From Takakia lepidozioides (taxonomy: Eukaryota > Plantae > Bryophyta), in NCBI GenBank assembly GCA_030704615.1, contig CM060733.1:21266001-21330000 (forward strand): a stretch of 64,000 bases of DNA, read 5' to 3'. Made by a program: the position numbers and the translations under genes. The notes beneath the pieces are model-generated. The model did no database searches. It was not told the origin of the DNA and saw only the letters and a program-made list of their open reading frames with translations. This document shows, piece after piece, positions 49,250-61,294 of the stretch. Every line of letters starts with the position of its first letter. Position 1 is the first letter of the stretch.

Positions 49250-52055
49250 GACGTAAACCCGAGCTCCGAGGTGTCTGTTGTGCTTTCGAGCACATGGGGG
49301 AGATAACATGAAACTCTGTTGATGAGCAATGGCCTCCGCGTAGTCGGGTAGGATGTATGAATGTAGAGGGCTGCACCAGAAGTCACTGTGAATAAAAGAG
49401 ACGTCGACCAAAGGAATAGCTTCCAATATCCTGCCACCAAAAGAACCACAATTGCATTAGCCACCATTAATGGGAAAGGGGGGGGGCCATTTTCGCGGGA
49501 GAAATCAGATGCTTACAGAAAAACAACTTACTCACATGCGAAATCGTCATCCAAGACTTTGTCGTCCCGTTCGTTGATTTCCACATGCACTATACCCTCC
49601 TGTTGTTGGGTGGCAGGTGTCGGCGCTGGCGCTTCTAAGTTATGGAGGAGGTCATTGAAAATGTCCGCATCCCCTTCCATACCAAACAAATGCCTGCCCG
49701 CTGCCTTGCAAGCATGGTACGAAGCTCCTGCAAGACAGAGTTCTCTCAGGACACATATAAACAAATTTTGCACCAAGAAGAAAACACCGCAGCAGGTTGG
49801 GGGTGAAACTTGTGCCAAGAGTGAGGTCCACGATACGCGCCCCCGGATGGGAACAAGTCTCCACAATTGTTTGAATAAATGTTGGGCTCTTCTCCTTGGC
49901 CCCTCTCCATGGTGTGGAGTTGGACTTTTGCAAGCATACATTGGAATCCACGTAATTGTAGTGCATGTCGTCCACCACTGGATTGAACTTATCGTTGATG
50001 AAATAACCTCCCCCATGAAGCCTGAACTCCTTCACTGCTGTGGGAGTTGAAGCAGGGTGCACTGTGACGAGGCAGACGGCCTCAAAAAGGCGGGTCTACA
50101 CACAAGACAACATGAAGCACATATTAGTGAATCCAAAAAAAATCATCTGGAAAGAACAGTGCTTGAAACCTCTGAAAATGAGTGCGTTGACGCACTCATT
50201 TCTGCAGGGGTGAAATGGAACTTAAAATGAAGCATGCAAGAGAAAGTCGATTACCATTTGTCCGAGACAGTCACCCTTTGTCAAGTACAGGCTGTTCACA
50301 CCATTCCACGTTTTGATGATTTTCATCCCCAAGGCCTTGAGGTAGCTTGCAAGCTCCCGTCGACATTTCGTATTGACCGACTGGATCATTACAAGAACCC
50401 CTGCATCCGATAAAAAAAAATTGCAAAATGAAAAGACCCACCACCAGTACCTCTCATCAAATGCATTCTATGTTGGGCAAGTGCCTGTGGGTAGGATGTC
50501 CGGTACTGGCAGCCCATCCAGAATGTCCACAATCACCATGTCGGCACAACATGGTTTCAGAGAACCATTGACCCGACACTGCCCTTTCGAAACCTGAAAA
50601 CAGACAGACGGAAAAAATTAAATAACTATCCAAAAGGAAAAACAGTAAAGGAGACAAACAGTGGGAATTGGCTTACCGAGTCAAGGAATGCACATAGCTT
50701 GCCCCAAGTTTGAGAGGGTTCTCCAGTGTAACCAGATTTTCTGCTTTCCATCATGGCAAAGAATGAATCATTCACAATCTCACATTTACATTCTCGCTGG
50801 ATTCTGGATGGGTGCTCCACTGCGTCGTATGGCTCAATCCTCCCCTTACGTTTTCATTCTTTGTTTGCAATTGGGGTCTGCGCTACCTCACCCCCCGCAG
50901 TCTCCCCTTGGGTGGCCTTCTCCTTCCCTTTGTCCTTTGTACCCTTTCCCTTTCTCTTCCCTCTCGCAGGAGTTTTGTTGGCTGCGGGTTCATTTTCAGC
51001 GAGGTTTCGCAGATTCCTCTCATGCAATTATTTGTCAGTAAGAGGGGCCAAAGACTCCGCATTGTCGTTCTAGTTCCGTGTTTGCAACTCATACAGGGGC
51101 AATCTGATTTCGGAATGTCGAGATACCATCAGCAGTCTTTCAGGTGATAGCTCCCGTAGTCTCTAAGGATGGTTGCCATGTACATGGTCTGACTATTAGA
51201 GGGGTCAGACCACAAATCGATGAAGGCAGGGTACTTACTGAGGTTTTTCCCCGGAATGAGCACGTTCTTGATATACCTACAAAACAAAAGAGGTGCACTT
51301 TTAGACATTGAAGGCAAAAAAACATATATTGCGGCTCTCCCAAAATGCGTGCGTCGACGCACACAGTTTGGGGTGCACAAATTCTTGAGCATGAGGCAAC
51401 CGAAATACACAAGCGAAGTACCATATGCAAGAACAGGAGAAAACAAAGGGTTCCATATGCAGAAAGTTATCCCCTTTTCGGCAGACAGATATTCCATTCA
51501 AAACTGCCAACGAAACATTGAAATCCATGATGGAGGAGAGAGCACATCTAAGTTTGTGGCCCTCTAAAATTGCGTGCGTTGGCGCACGCAATTTTTCATG
51601 GCCACAAACTGCCTGTCTACTGATTGCCAAAGAATGTTTTCAAACATAAGACAAAATTAGCGAACCTGTATAGGACCCTCTTCATGGCTCCCTCCGCCCC
51701 GTACTGCTGGTCAAAATCATTTGTTCGGGAGATTCCTCCATCTCGGGAAAACTCTATGAAGAAGCAGTTGCTCCAAGCTGTGGCCTTCCACTGCCTCAAG
51801 TAATCCTCCAGAGTGTCCTCGGGCACGGTCATGGTAATTTTGTAGTCATAAAGTTGTTTCTCCAGCACCTTGTTTGCACGAGCTTCAATCTGCAGGTATA
51901 CATATGCATGAGTTAGAGTCCATTCATGGGAAGATCTTCTCAAAAATATCAAGCACAGAAAGTCTTGAAAAGTACCTGGCTCCAGTAGGTGGCTTTGTGC
52001 AACCATATATCAAGAACTTGGTCGCTGAAGGGTTTGATGTGCCCGGTGTTCTCAT
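49250..52055 (-). pseudogene. 3' exons of the ParB-MTase-like cargo gene (copy A), beta-class N6/N4 DNA methyltransferase-like domain
   Basis: Spliced translation gives ADMVIVDILDG ... PWRGAKEKSPTFIQTIVETCSHPGARIVDLTLGT/xASYHACKAAGRHLFGMEGDADIF. One TGG>TAG-type stop. Confidence 0.75.
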
Positions 52056-52985
52056 CCAAAGGTGCCAATGCCAGGAAGAGAGCGAACATGTCTTTTCCAT
52101 TGGACCCAGTCCCTTGAGAAACATACAAATGCAGACATCAAACCGGAAATGCAGCCTATTCATCTTAGGCTATGCAAACAGTACAAAGATGCGAAAAGCA
52201 TGGCAGAGGCGAATACATTGTTCCAGACAATTCGTGCCTGGTGGTTCTCATCTGGGGGTGCATCAGAAGACAGTATGAGAGCGCTAGAAGACTGGCTAGC
52301 ATTTTGGCACTCCGGTACAGACAATGGGGAGCATGCATGACAACGGTGCGTGCATTTGAAAACTTGAAAATTTCATTGACTTTGTATCCATTTCCAATCA
52401 TGTCTGTTGTGATGGGATGTGCCTGTCATCTTTCTGATATATGTTTTTCCATTTTGCAGCACTTCTCAATTGAGGAGATGGCGGACATGCCCTCTTGCAA
52501 TCTGGCGGAGACGGTGCACAATGTATGGTTGTAGCAATCTGGAAAGCGGGGCCGGGATTTGTATGTGGCGATGGCAGCTGATCTGATTCGAGCTCTACTG
52601 CAACAAACAAGATATCGGGAGTTCTTGCGGGGTGGCGTTGGTGGCAACGGTCCAGACAAGTCCGAGTTGATGTTGCGAGCAGCAAGAAGATCAGGGGATC
52701 CGAACAAGATTGCCAGGGCTGTCAGCATGTGTGCGGAAGGAACTCCACTGGTGTCCAAAGTTCCCCATCTGGAGGGTGAGGAGAGATTCGGGTCTTGTAA
52801 ACGGAAATTGAACACCCCTCCTGGGTCGGATGTGGACTCCCACACGCTAGATAGGGACAACTTCTCCATGCCGCGTGTTCCATTTCATCAGAGGTTCGTT
52901 TCCGGCATATCCAGTGCGGATGATCCTTTGTCACAAAGCCAAAGGCAGCCATCTCCCATAGTGAGTGCAATGGGGCAGGAGGCGA
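52056..52985 (+). pseudogene. MULE transposase fragment (copy A)
   Basis: RERTCLFHWTQSLEKH, intron ~52345-52459, NLAETVHN. Collinear with 54500-55445 (-). Confidence 0.9.
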
Positions 52986-53655
52986 ACGTGCCAACAACGC
53001 AATGGCGTGAGCGTTGCACGTGAGCGTTGCACGTGAGCGCGCGAGCGTACGCTCACGCAGGAGTGACGTGGCGTGAGCGTACGCTCACGCCAGCTGACGT
53101 GGCGTGAGCCTGCACACATGCTGACGTGGCGTGAGCGTCATGTCAGCATGCTGATGTGGCGGTAAATGATGACGTGGCACTGTCCGTCAACTGCCACGTC
53201 AGCATTAACATGCGCCGCCTATAACCGTGGATGGTCCTATGACCGTGGAAATTAATGCAGGGAATCTTGCCTAAATAGAATCAAGACGAGCGTTGAGGCC
53301 TACAATTGCAGCATCCAACATTGTGCAATTACAAATGTTTGTTTCACTTTTACAATTACGAAGACGACAAAATATCCTCACAAAGTGTGCGCCATAAAGG
53401 CTGCCACGAGAAGACTTCCTCCCTCCTCAAATAACAATGAGAGTTATGATCATCTTCAAAAGATGATTGTAGTGCATAGCGACAGCAAGACATGTAGACT
53501 TCGAACGGTGCAATGACAAATGTGCACTACCTAAAAGTTGTCACTCAGACCTCACTCCGTATAGTTGGAGGCCATATCATTGCACAGCCGACGAATTGAT
53601 GTGAATTACACATTTCAAATCATGGTCATCCACATACCACATTACATAGTTCATG

Positions 53656-56600
53656 CTACCCATGTGTTGTATCCCGCTGCAAAAGAGTATCGACCTCGTT
53701 GAAACTCATAGTGGCCTGGTGAATGAAGTTGTCACGTTTGGGATCGCAAACCATCCTCCTCAAAAATATGAAATACAAATGTTTGCAGGGTATGAAATTT
53801 ACCTCTTGCCCAAACTGGTTGATAGCATATTCACAAAATCAGGACATGTGCAATTGGGGAAATTGAAACCGTGATGTCGTAGGTCCTGTCATGAACAGCA
53901 GATGTGGAAGTGATGATTGTGAATACCCGACCATATCCTGGATCGGGTACTTCCGTGGTGCTTCCGACACGAGCTTGGAGCATTCTTGCGGACTCCACTT
54001 TGCCAAAGTGTTCAGCGGTTGGAGGGAAACGCCGAACGAGCTTTCCATCTCGTTTGGTTGGCCACAAGTCAGGATTTGCCGGGGGGACCCGGGAGGACGC
54101 AGGAGTAGTAGCACATGCATGGAGTTGGGGTTGTCTCGCAAGGGAAAAACCTGCCTCCTCCAGCATTTCAATCTCCTGAAAGCTGAGATGTGTTCCCACC
54201 TTCACGGGCAAACGGTTGGAGGAGATGGCTTCATCACTACGGAAGGACGCACAGTTCCATGCACACATCTGGCACAATCATCTGCGCAGAACCAGAACTT
54301 GTGGTTCTTGGCTTCTGGTTGACCGTATGGACGCATCAAGCCCGTGAAAGTCGGAGCAGGAGTTCGGGCACCACCTCTGGATATAGATGAAGTGCACTTC
54401 TCGAAATTAGTTGCCCTGATCGCTGTACATTTCACACGAGACCCGACACTTGTGCGTTCTATGTGCCAAACGTGGTCGGGGCATGCGGACTCAAGCACAT
54501 CAAGGGGGTTGTTTCTCTCCTGCACCATTTCAGTGGCACGGTTTGATGCTGGAGCTTGCCGTCGTGTTGGAGGTTCCTCCACAATGGAGGTTCCGGACAC
54601 GGAGCTGTCATGCAGGGGAACACGAGGCTTCGAGAAGTTATCACGGTCTGCCCTGTGGGAATCTGAATCCGAACCAGGTGGAGTGTTCAATTTCCTCTTA
54701 CAGGAGCCGAATCTCTCCTCCCCTTCAAGATGTGGAACTCTAGAAACAAGTGGCGTTCCCTGGGCATACATGCTCACCGCCCGTGCTATCTTGATTGGAT
54801 CCCCAGATCTGTTTGCAGCACGCAACATCAACTCCGATTTGTCCGGACCCTTGCCACCAACCCCACCTCGTAAGAAATCACGGTATCGGGTTTGTTGTTG
54901 CAAGGCACGTATCAAATCATCTGTTGTTGCCACATACAAATCCCGACCTCGTTTCCCAGACTGCTGCAACCATGCATTGTGCACAGTTTCTGCCAAATTG
55001 CAAGATGGCATGTCTGCCATTTCCTCAATGGACATGTTCTGCAAAGAGGATAACCACACTTCAGAATAGTGCACAGGAAACAACATAAAGAAAGCAATGA
55101 GTCAAAAATATGGAAAGCAAATGTATGAATAAAGCATGAAATAGAAGCCTCGTACCATTGTCATGGCTGCTCCCCACTGTCTATACCGGAAGTGCCAAAA
55201 CGCCAGCCAATCTTCCAATGCTCTCATACTCTCAAGTGATGCAGCCAGAAGAGAACCACCAGGCACGAATTGTCTGGAACAAAGTGTCCGCCTCCTTCAT
55301 TGTTCTAGCATCTTTGTACTCTTTGCACAATTTACGGTGCTGAGTCTGCATCTCTGGTTTGATGTCCGACTTTGTATGTTTTTCCAGAGATTGTGTCCAA
55401 TGGAATAGACATGTACGCTCTCTTCCTGGCATAGGCACTTTTGGGTCGCCCGATCCGAAGACAATACGAATAGCATTGAAATTTGCTTGAGCACTATCCG
55501 CCATGAAACCTGCGAAATTTGGAGATGGCAGCCCATGGCAGCCCATGACACGTATCAGGGAATTCCACATGAGCTTCTGGGATTCCGTATCCTCGGATTG
55601 CATGTCACAAACTGCAATTGTCATAACTCGTTGGTACACTGGATCGTAGACATGACAAGCCATTGTCGTCCAATCCTTCACTCGTTTCACATGATCAAAC
55701 ATAAGAAAACAGTTCTGCAAGTCCCCAGTCTTTGCATCCGCTTCACGAGGCTAACCCCACTGCCCTCCCCAACAGTCGACATTTTGAAAAGAAAAACTTT
55801 GATGGCACCTTGACCTGGGAATACATTGTCCTGGATGTAATCGTACTTGCTCAGTCGTTTCAATTCCAAAATATTGTCTATGTAGCCCTGATCCCAGAGC
55901 CCATTCTCAATGCATTGATCTGATGCCGAATGTTAGGTGAACTTAAAGTGGAGAAATGATCCATGACCAGGTCCAATGCTGCACCGTCAAGTTTAGTCCC
56001 CACAGAATCTCCTTCACTCAAAATATGGCTTTCCAAGAAGGACTTGCTTGCGCCAAGAGCAATTGCAGATGTTGTTGCGGATGGGTTTCTCCCGAACTCC
56101 TGTTTGATCAACCTCGATACTGTCTCAACACTCTCCCTGTAATCCCCCTTCGAGACAGGATGGTTATGGAATCCAAAATGCACACAAGCTCTCGTCATTG
56201 TATTCAAACGGTGGACAACATAGTACATTCTTGCTCCGCAGAGCGCCAAGCAGGATGGCACAAGTTTGCAGAATTTGCAGACGAAAGTGTTTGCGGTGGA
56301 GGGGCAGTCCCAGGCTGAAATGGATTCTCCGCCAGACCCTCCCATTCGCTTTGATTATGAACTCCAGACTGAAGAAAGTGTCTGCAATTCAAATTATCAC
56401 ACCTAAGGTGTCCATTGCAAACTGTCCTCCTGAAAACAAGCTTGTCATCATTCTGAATATTGGATGTTTTTGTTCTGCACCACGGGTGCGTGTTTCTTGT
56501 CCATTCCATGCATCATGATTGTTACACCTCCAACTCGCGGAGGAGGAGGCAGCTCGAATAGGATATCGCCATCAAAAGTCTCCGGCAAGAACTTCACAGG

Positions 56601-57300
56601 CACCTGCTTCAAAGATTCCCAATCAATTCCCCGCAACTCACTTTTGAATCCAGCCATTCCTCCCATCGCCCGCAATTTTGGAATGACACTACAAATCTCT
56701 TCTTCATCAGCTTCTGCAACCACAGTAGGAAGGACTGGATTTGGAATTTCACTTATGTCATCATCGGAAGAATCCGAAAGCTCAACGATTGGAGTGGAGG
56801 TGTGTTCTTTTTCACCACCACCTCCCTCTTGTCTTCAACGACCGAAGCAGCAGTCCCGGGCGTCACATATGACCCAAGGGACTTTCGCCGAGGCTCTCCA
56901 AGTACTCTGTATCGACCAGGACGCACTCTCCACTGGCTGATATGAGCCGTCTCATCACGGTTTTGGAAAGAATTTCACCAACTTCCCTTTCAGATCGTAA
57001 ACCTCTTCTCCAAAAAGATGGAGCCATTCTGCAGCTGAAAACGGGTAGTAGCCAAGACATGTTCCAGAACAATTGCAAATCCATTGTCAAGGACTTCCTG
57101 GGAGAACGGCACTGGTTTGTCGTCTGAGAAGAACTCCGCTTCAGAGGAAGCCATCTTCCTTCCTCGAGTATGTTTGTACCTTGCTATCGCAGATCTAGTG
57201 TAAATCGGTTTACTGCTGTCTCCAGAACACAGTTGAAGAATGAGCAGAGCATATGGCGGAGGAAGCTCAGATAACGACTGTGCATATTCTGTTATTCATT
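53656..57300 (-). pseudogene. MULE/Mutator-like transposase with GCM-like N-terminal Zn domain, DDE core and SWIM finger (frameshifted)
   Basis: WCRTKTSN...CNGHLRCDNLNC...CKFC...C...HNHP; LMFDHVKR, FMADSAQANFNA, CLFH, NLAETVHN; SWIM CTCPDF...CKH. Intron ~55039-55154. The start is approximate. Confidence 0.88.
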
Positions 57301-58373
57301 CCAGATATGCAGCCGTCCATTTTAATTACTTTTCTTGTGGGCCCAGTGGTCAGAGAATCCATAGGGGCAGTGTCGGCAACTGTTAAACCGTTAATCAGAA
57401 CCTCATCAATAAACCCAATAACAAAGCCGACTTCCTGGAAGCATGCCACAGGATCCGAGAATGGGATTGCAGATTAAGTAAATGTATCTATATACTACTA
57501 CCAATGATCATGCGCACCTGGAAAGTTCCAAATGTGCAACGAATGTGGGGTTTGGATAACAAGGATGACCGTGTATGATATTCCAAAATTTGTCATCAAA
57601 CTCTCGTTCATTTATATTTATTTGTTTAAGACGCATCAATTTCTGGGATTCGCTGTTCTTTTTAAATATTGAACCAGTATAATTTAGAACACGCCGTTTT
57701 TTTTGGGCGGCACACGTCAGACATCCATAACTGAATACGAACAGCTGTACACCAATTGCTGGCATGTGCACTAATAACGAAACGACTATGTGTAACGGTC
57801 ACGCGGGAGGGAATCCGATGCTTCTAGAGACACGCAAGAACACAGGCAATCCCGCAAGAAATCGGAGTCACTGCGTTTTTCTACTTTTCGCGCTTAGAGG
57901 GAGAGTGGTAGTCAAGCTGGAGAGGGTTCCTTCTAGAATACGAAAGAGAAGAAAGTCTCTTTATTTTACTTCCCTTAGAGAGAGACGCAGAGCAAGAGAG
58001 AAAATGACGAGGCGTCGTTTGTTGGAGAACACAGGGCCAAGGCAGCAGGTGAACGGAGACTGATTCACAAGAGCAGACGGAGACTGAGGCAGCGGCTGCG
58101 ACACAGTCGGCGATAAGAGTGCGCCAGCCTGTGGAGGCAGAGATGAATCGCAGGGACACTGAAGAAGGTGGAAGCACGCGGAACGCCGAACCTGAAGAAG
58201 GTCAAGAAACCCTTGCGCAGACAGAAACTCCAGCAGATGTGAGAGGGAAGAGGAAAGCTGCAGAAGGGGATCAAATTTCAAAACCTAAGAAGGTGCCAGT
58301 AAGTTTTATCATATAGTCTGTGTGATTGCCTTTCAAGGAGTCCTTCCTCTTCCATTCTTTAGCAGGAACTACT

Positions 58374-58700
58374 GAATCGCGAGCGTCGTTAACGCCATTC
58401 GATTCTGCTCATGAGATTTATGTACCTATGTGTTTGAAGAGAGAGTCTGCACTTACTATTCTCCCTAAACTACACTGAATGTCGTTGCCGCCAATCAGTT
58501 GCACATATATGTCATTACACAACACCGATCCGGCAGGTTGTTATCTTTTGTGATTGTCGTTAACGCCGTTCGCTATCGCTCTCACTTTTGTTTTGAATAC
58601 GGCAGTCTCGGCTTTGCATGTGTAGATTGTGCTGAATTCTTTCACACCATTCATGGTGAGTTTCCTTGATACAGAGTGATTGTCGTTACCGCCATTCACT
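58374..58700. repeat. four degenerate 22-bp palindromes in intron 1 of the cargo gene
   Basis: TGA(A/T)TGTCGTT(A/G)(A/C)CGCCATTCA-like copies at ~58381, 58476, 58551 and 58677. Confidence 0.75.
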
Positions 58701-60566
58701 ATTTGCAAATCACTTAGTCAGAAACTGAATGGCATCGTGCAGAAAACTGTGAGGTCGAAGCCTACAGGATCAGAGGGGAAAGGATCTGGAGATGGGGACG
58801 AGTCCGCAAAAAGCTCAGAGAATACAGATGAAGCAGATGAATCCGAAGTGCACTACCTTGACAAGGTGAAAGAACTCATGTCATTCCAGAAGGTAAACTC
58901 TCAGGAGGTTATAAGGGACATGCTCGTATCTGGAGGGCGTCTGGACATACCTCTGTGCCGGATGATATCAATGCCTGTTGTGCGTCCACCTCTTTCCCAT
59001 GACATAACAAAATTGGAGAGTGATTTTGTGCATGGATATAGACTTGGTGCACAAGTTTTTTATGTGTGTCACTGACGGATATAAATGGGAAAAGCACATT
59101 AGTTTCTCCAGAGATCAGTGATAACTGGGATGAGTGCTGGAAAGATGCCAATGAGGAGTTCGAGCTGGGCCTCATGATGGGAAAGAACACCCAGCAATTT
59201 GCAACCACATGTTCTACGTCTGGGACGGCAACCACCGATTGCTGGCATGGATGGGATACATTCAGAAACACCATTCGAAAGACAAAGACAAGCATGTTGC
59301 TGTGGAGGCAATGGTTTTGGATCCAGGAAACGACATCGCTAGGCTTCTTACAGCTATGCACGACGTGAACAAGTAAGTCATCCAGGAGATTTGATTCCCT
59401 CTGTAGTGTCTTGTTGATCCTCAAAAAACAGTGTTAAGGAATGCAATGTTTCAATGTTTTTGCAGATCGACAGAGAAATCGCATGTGACAACAAGCTTGG
59501 TTCACACACTATTCCGAATTCAGAGGATTGGTCTGATGAAGCTGGATGATTTTCGGACAGTACTACCACCCAATATCATCAAGAAGTGCGAAACAGGAAG
59601 AGCTGCAGGCACTTGGTATTCTTTGACACGAGGCGTTTCTGGAGTACATGTATGCGGTAAGCCCGAGTCTGTAATCTGTTTACTTTTCGAATACATGTTT
59701 AGAGTCCCTTCGGAGCTAATCACTACTTGAATGAATGCAGCAAGAACTGGCAGAGGCAGCTGAGAAGGGAAAATCCGAATATTACCGCACTACACCAGAG
59801 GAACTAGGACATCAAAGGGTGTGGAAGCTGCAATAAAGAAGGAGTTTGAGATGCGAAGAACCAAATTGATGTCAGCCTTCGGAAAGCAGCTTAGAATAGT
59901 AGATCCTGGACTTGGTCCTGAGTTCCTTCAGCAGATCAAAACACACTATGACAAGCATGTGCATCCGGAGATGCAGCAGGAGAAATTGCACCGGCTGGCC
60001 ATATCGATGGTCGACCCACAAACAAAAATAAGGTGGCTGGAGATATGGAACTCAGATCAAACAGTAAAGGACTTGAATCAGTTCCCAAAGAGCCATACAG
60101 CCTGGCACAAAGGTGGAAGGAATCAGTGATTTGGTGTTTGATAACTGGCTCCACAAGGCTACATTTTGGAGTCAGGTGTGTATTCGAACATGCTGTTTCT
60201 TCTCTTCAAGTATGTGATGTGTTTCTTTTTTGCAATTCTGACAAATATACTATTTGCAGCTCGAAAAGCGCGCCGTCATTGTGCTGGATCAGACTTTGAA
60301 GGACCTGAACATTGCGATTGTTTCCCCTCCCCAAATGTCATTGGAGGCATACATAAGGAAGTGGAGAGGTCTCACCTGGAGATACTGTTTTTTCCGGGAG
60401 TTCTCCAAAGATGGTAACATTTTACGGTCCAACGACTTTGACAGTCAGGTTGGAGGAGAGTGGGCCATGATGCGAGTTGTGTACAGGTGAAATGTCATAC
60501 TTGAAACTCTACTGTTTTTTTGGGAAAAATTGTGGCTTCATATGGATTGCAATCTTAGATCCAGAT

Positions 60567-61294
60567 TGAATGTCGTTGACGACATTCACTTCTTTGTCTG
60601 AGTCATTCTTAAGCGAGTATATGAATTCACCTGGTTAGGATCTAAGGGTGCAATTATATTGTCCCTGATTAGAATTGATAATGTCCTTGAATGGCGTTGA
60701 CGACATTCACATACGGAGGTAGTTGTTGTGTGGTCCTCAAGGTTATTTAAATTTCTTGTTAATGTCCATAGAGGGTTACAATGAGGGTTGATACTTCATT
60801 TTGCGAAAGGTAAATGCAGAACATTCAGTGTTCTGCATGTTTGGTCCTCTTGCGATGAATATGGAGGCTTTGATAAGCTCTGTTTTAAGAAATCCAAATG
60901 TGAATGTCGTTGACGACATTCACAGCGGTGTCTGTATTTTCATTCAAACAAACGCAAATTCAATTTCATGGATTGGGGAAGTAGGAATGGTTGTCTTTTT
61001 GTATTTTGTGAATGGCGTTGCCGCCATTCACTACAGTTGATGTTGTGAGGTCCTCAGTGATAGTTCGTTATGAATGTGATTGAGTTTTCCGGGTGGATGG
61101 TTCATTACTCAATTTTTTTATTCCATCCTGTGATTTGTTTATTTCAGTAATAATTTGGGCTTCATTCTTGAATGTCGTTGACGACATTCACTTCTATTTC
61201 TGTGTCATTTCTAATCGCTTATTGCATTCACCTGGATTAGGATGTATTTACAGTGTCATGGAATGGAATGTTCTGAATGGCGTTGACGACTTCA
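60567..61294. repeat. six 22-bp palindromes TGAATG(T/G)CGTTG(A/C)CG(A/C)CATTCA in one intron
   Basis: Copies at 60567, 60688, 60901, 61009, 61169 and 61274, arranged as three related dimers. Confidence 0.92.

Larger units (their letters stand above)
47844..52985. mobile_element. Mutator-like element copy A (internally deleted, truncated)
   Basis: Terminal CCTATAACC(G/A)CGG repeats at 47852 and 47885. The 3' part of the MTase-like gene (-) is joined at ~52053 to a mid-transposase fragment (+). Confidence 0.75.

Noticed and set aside
54344-55069. 241-aa plus-strand ORF and similar overlapping ORFs
   Set aside because: Antisense shadows of the transposase, PPR and gag coding strands.
60567-61294. 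CRISPR array
   Set aside because: Spacers are ~85-190 bp and homologous to one another (three dimers), the array lies in a eukaryotic intron, and there are no cas genes.
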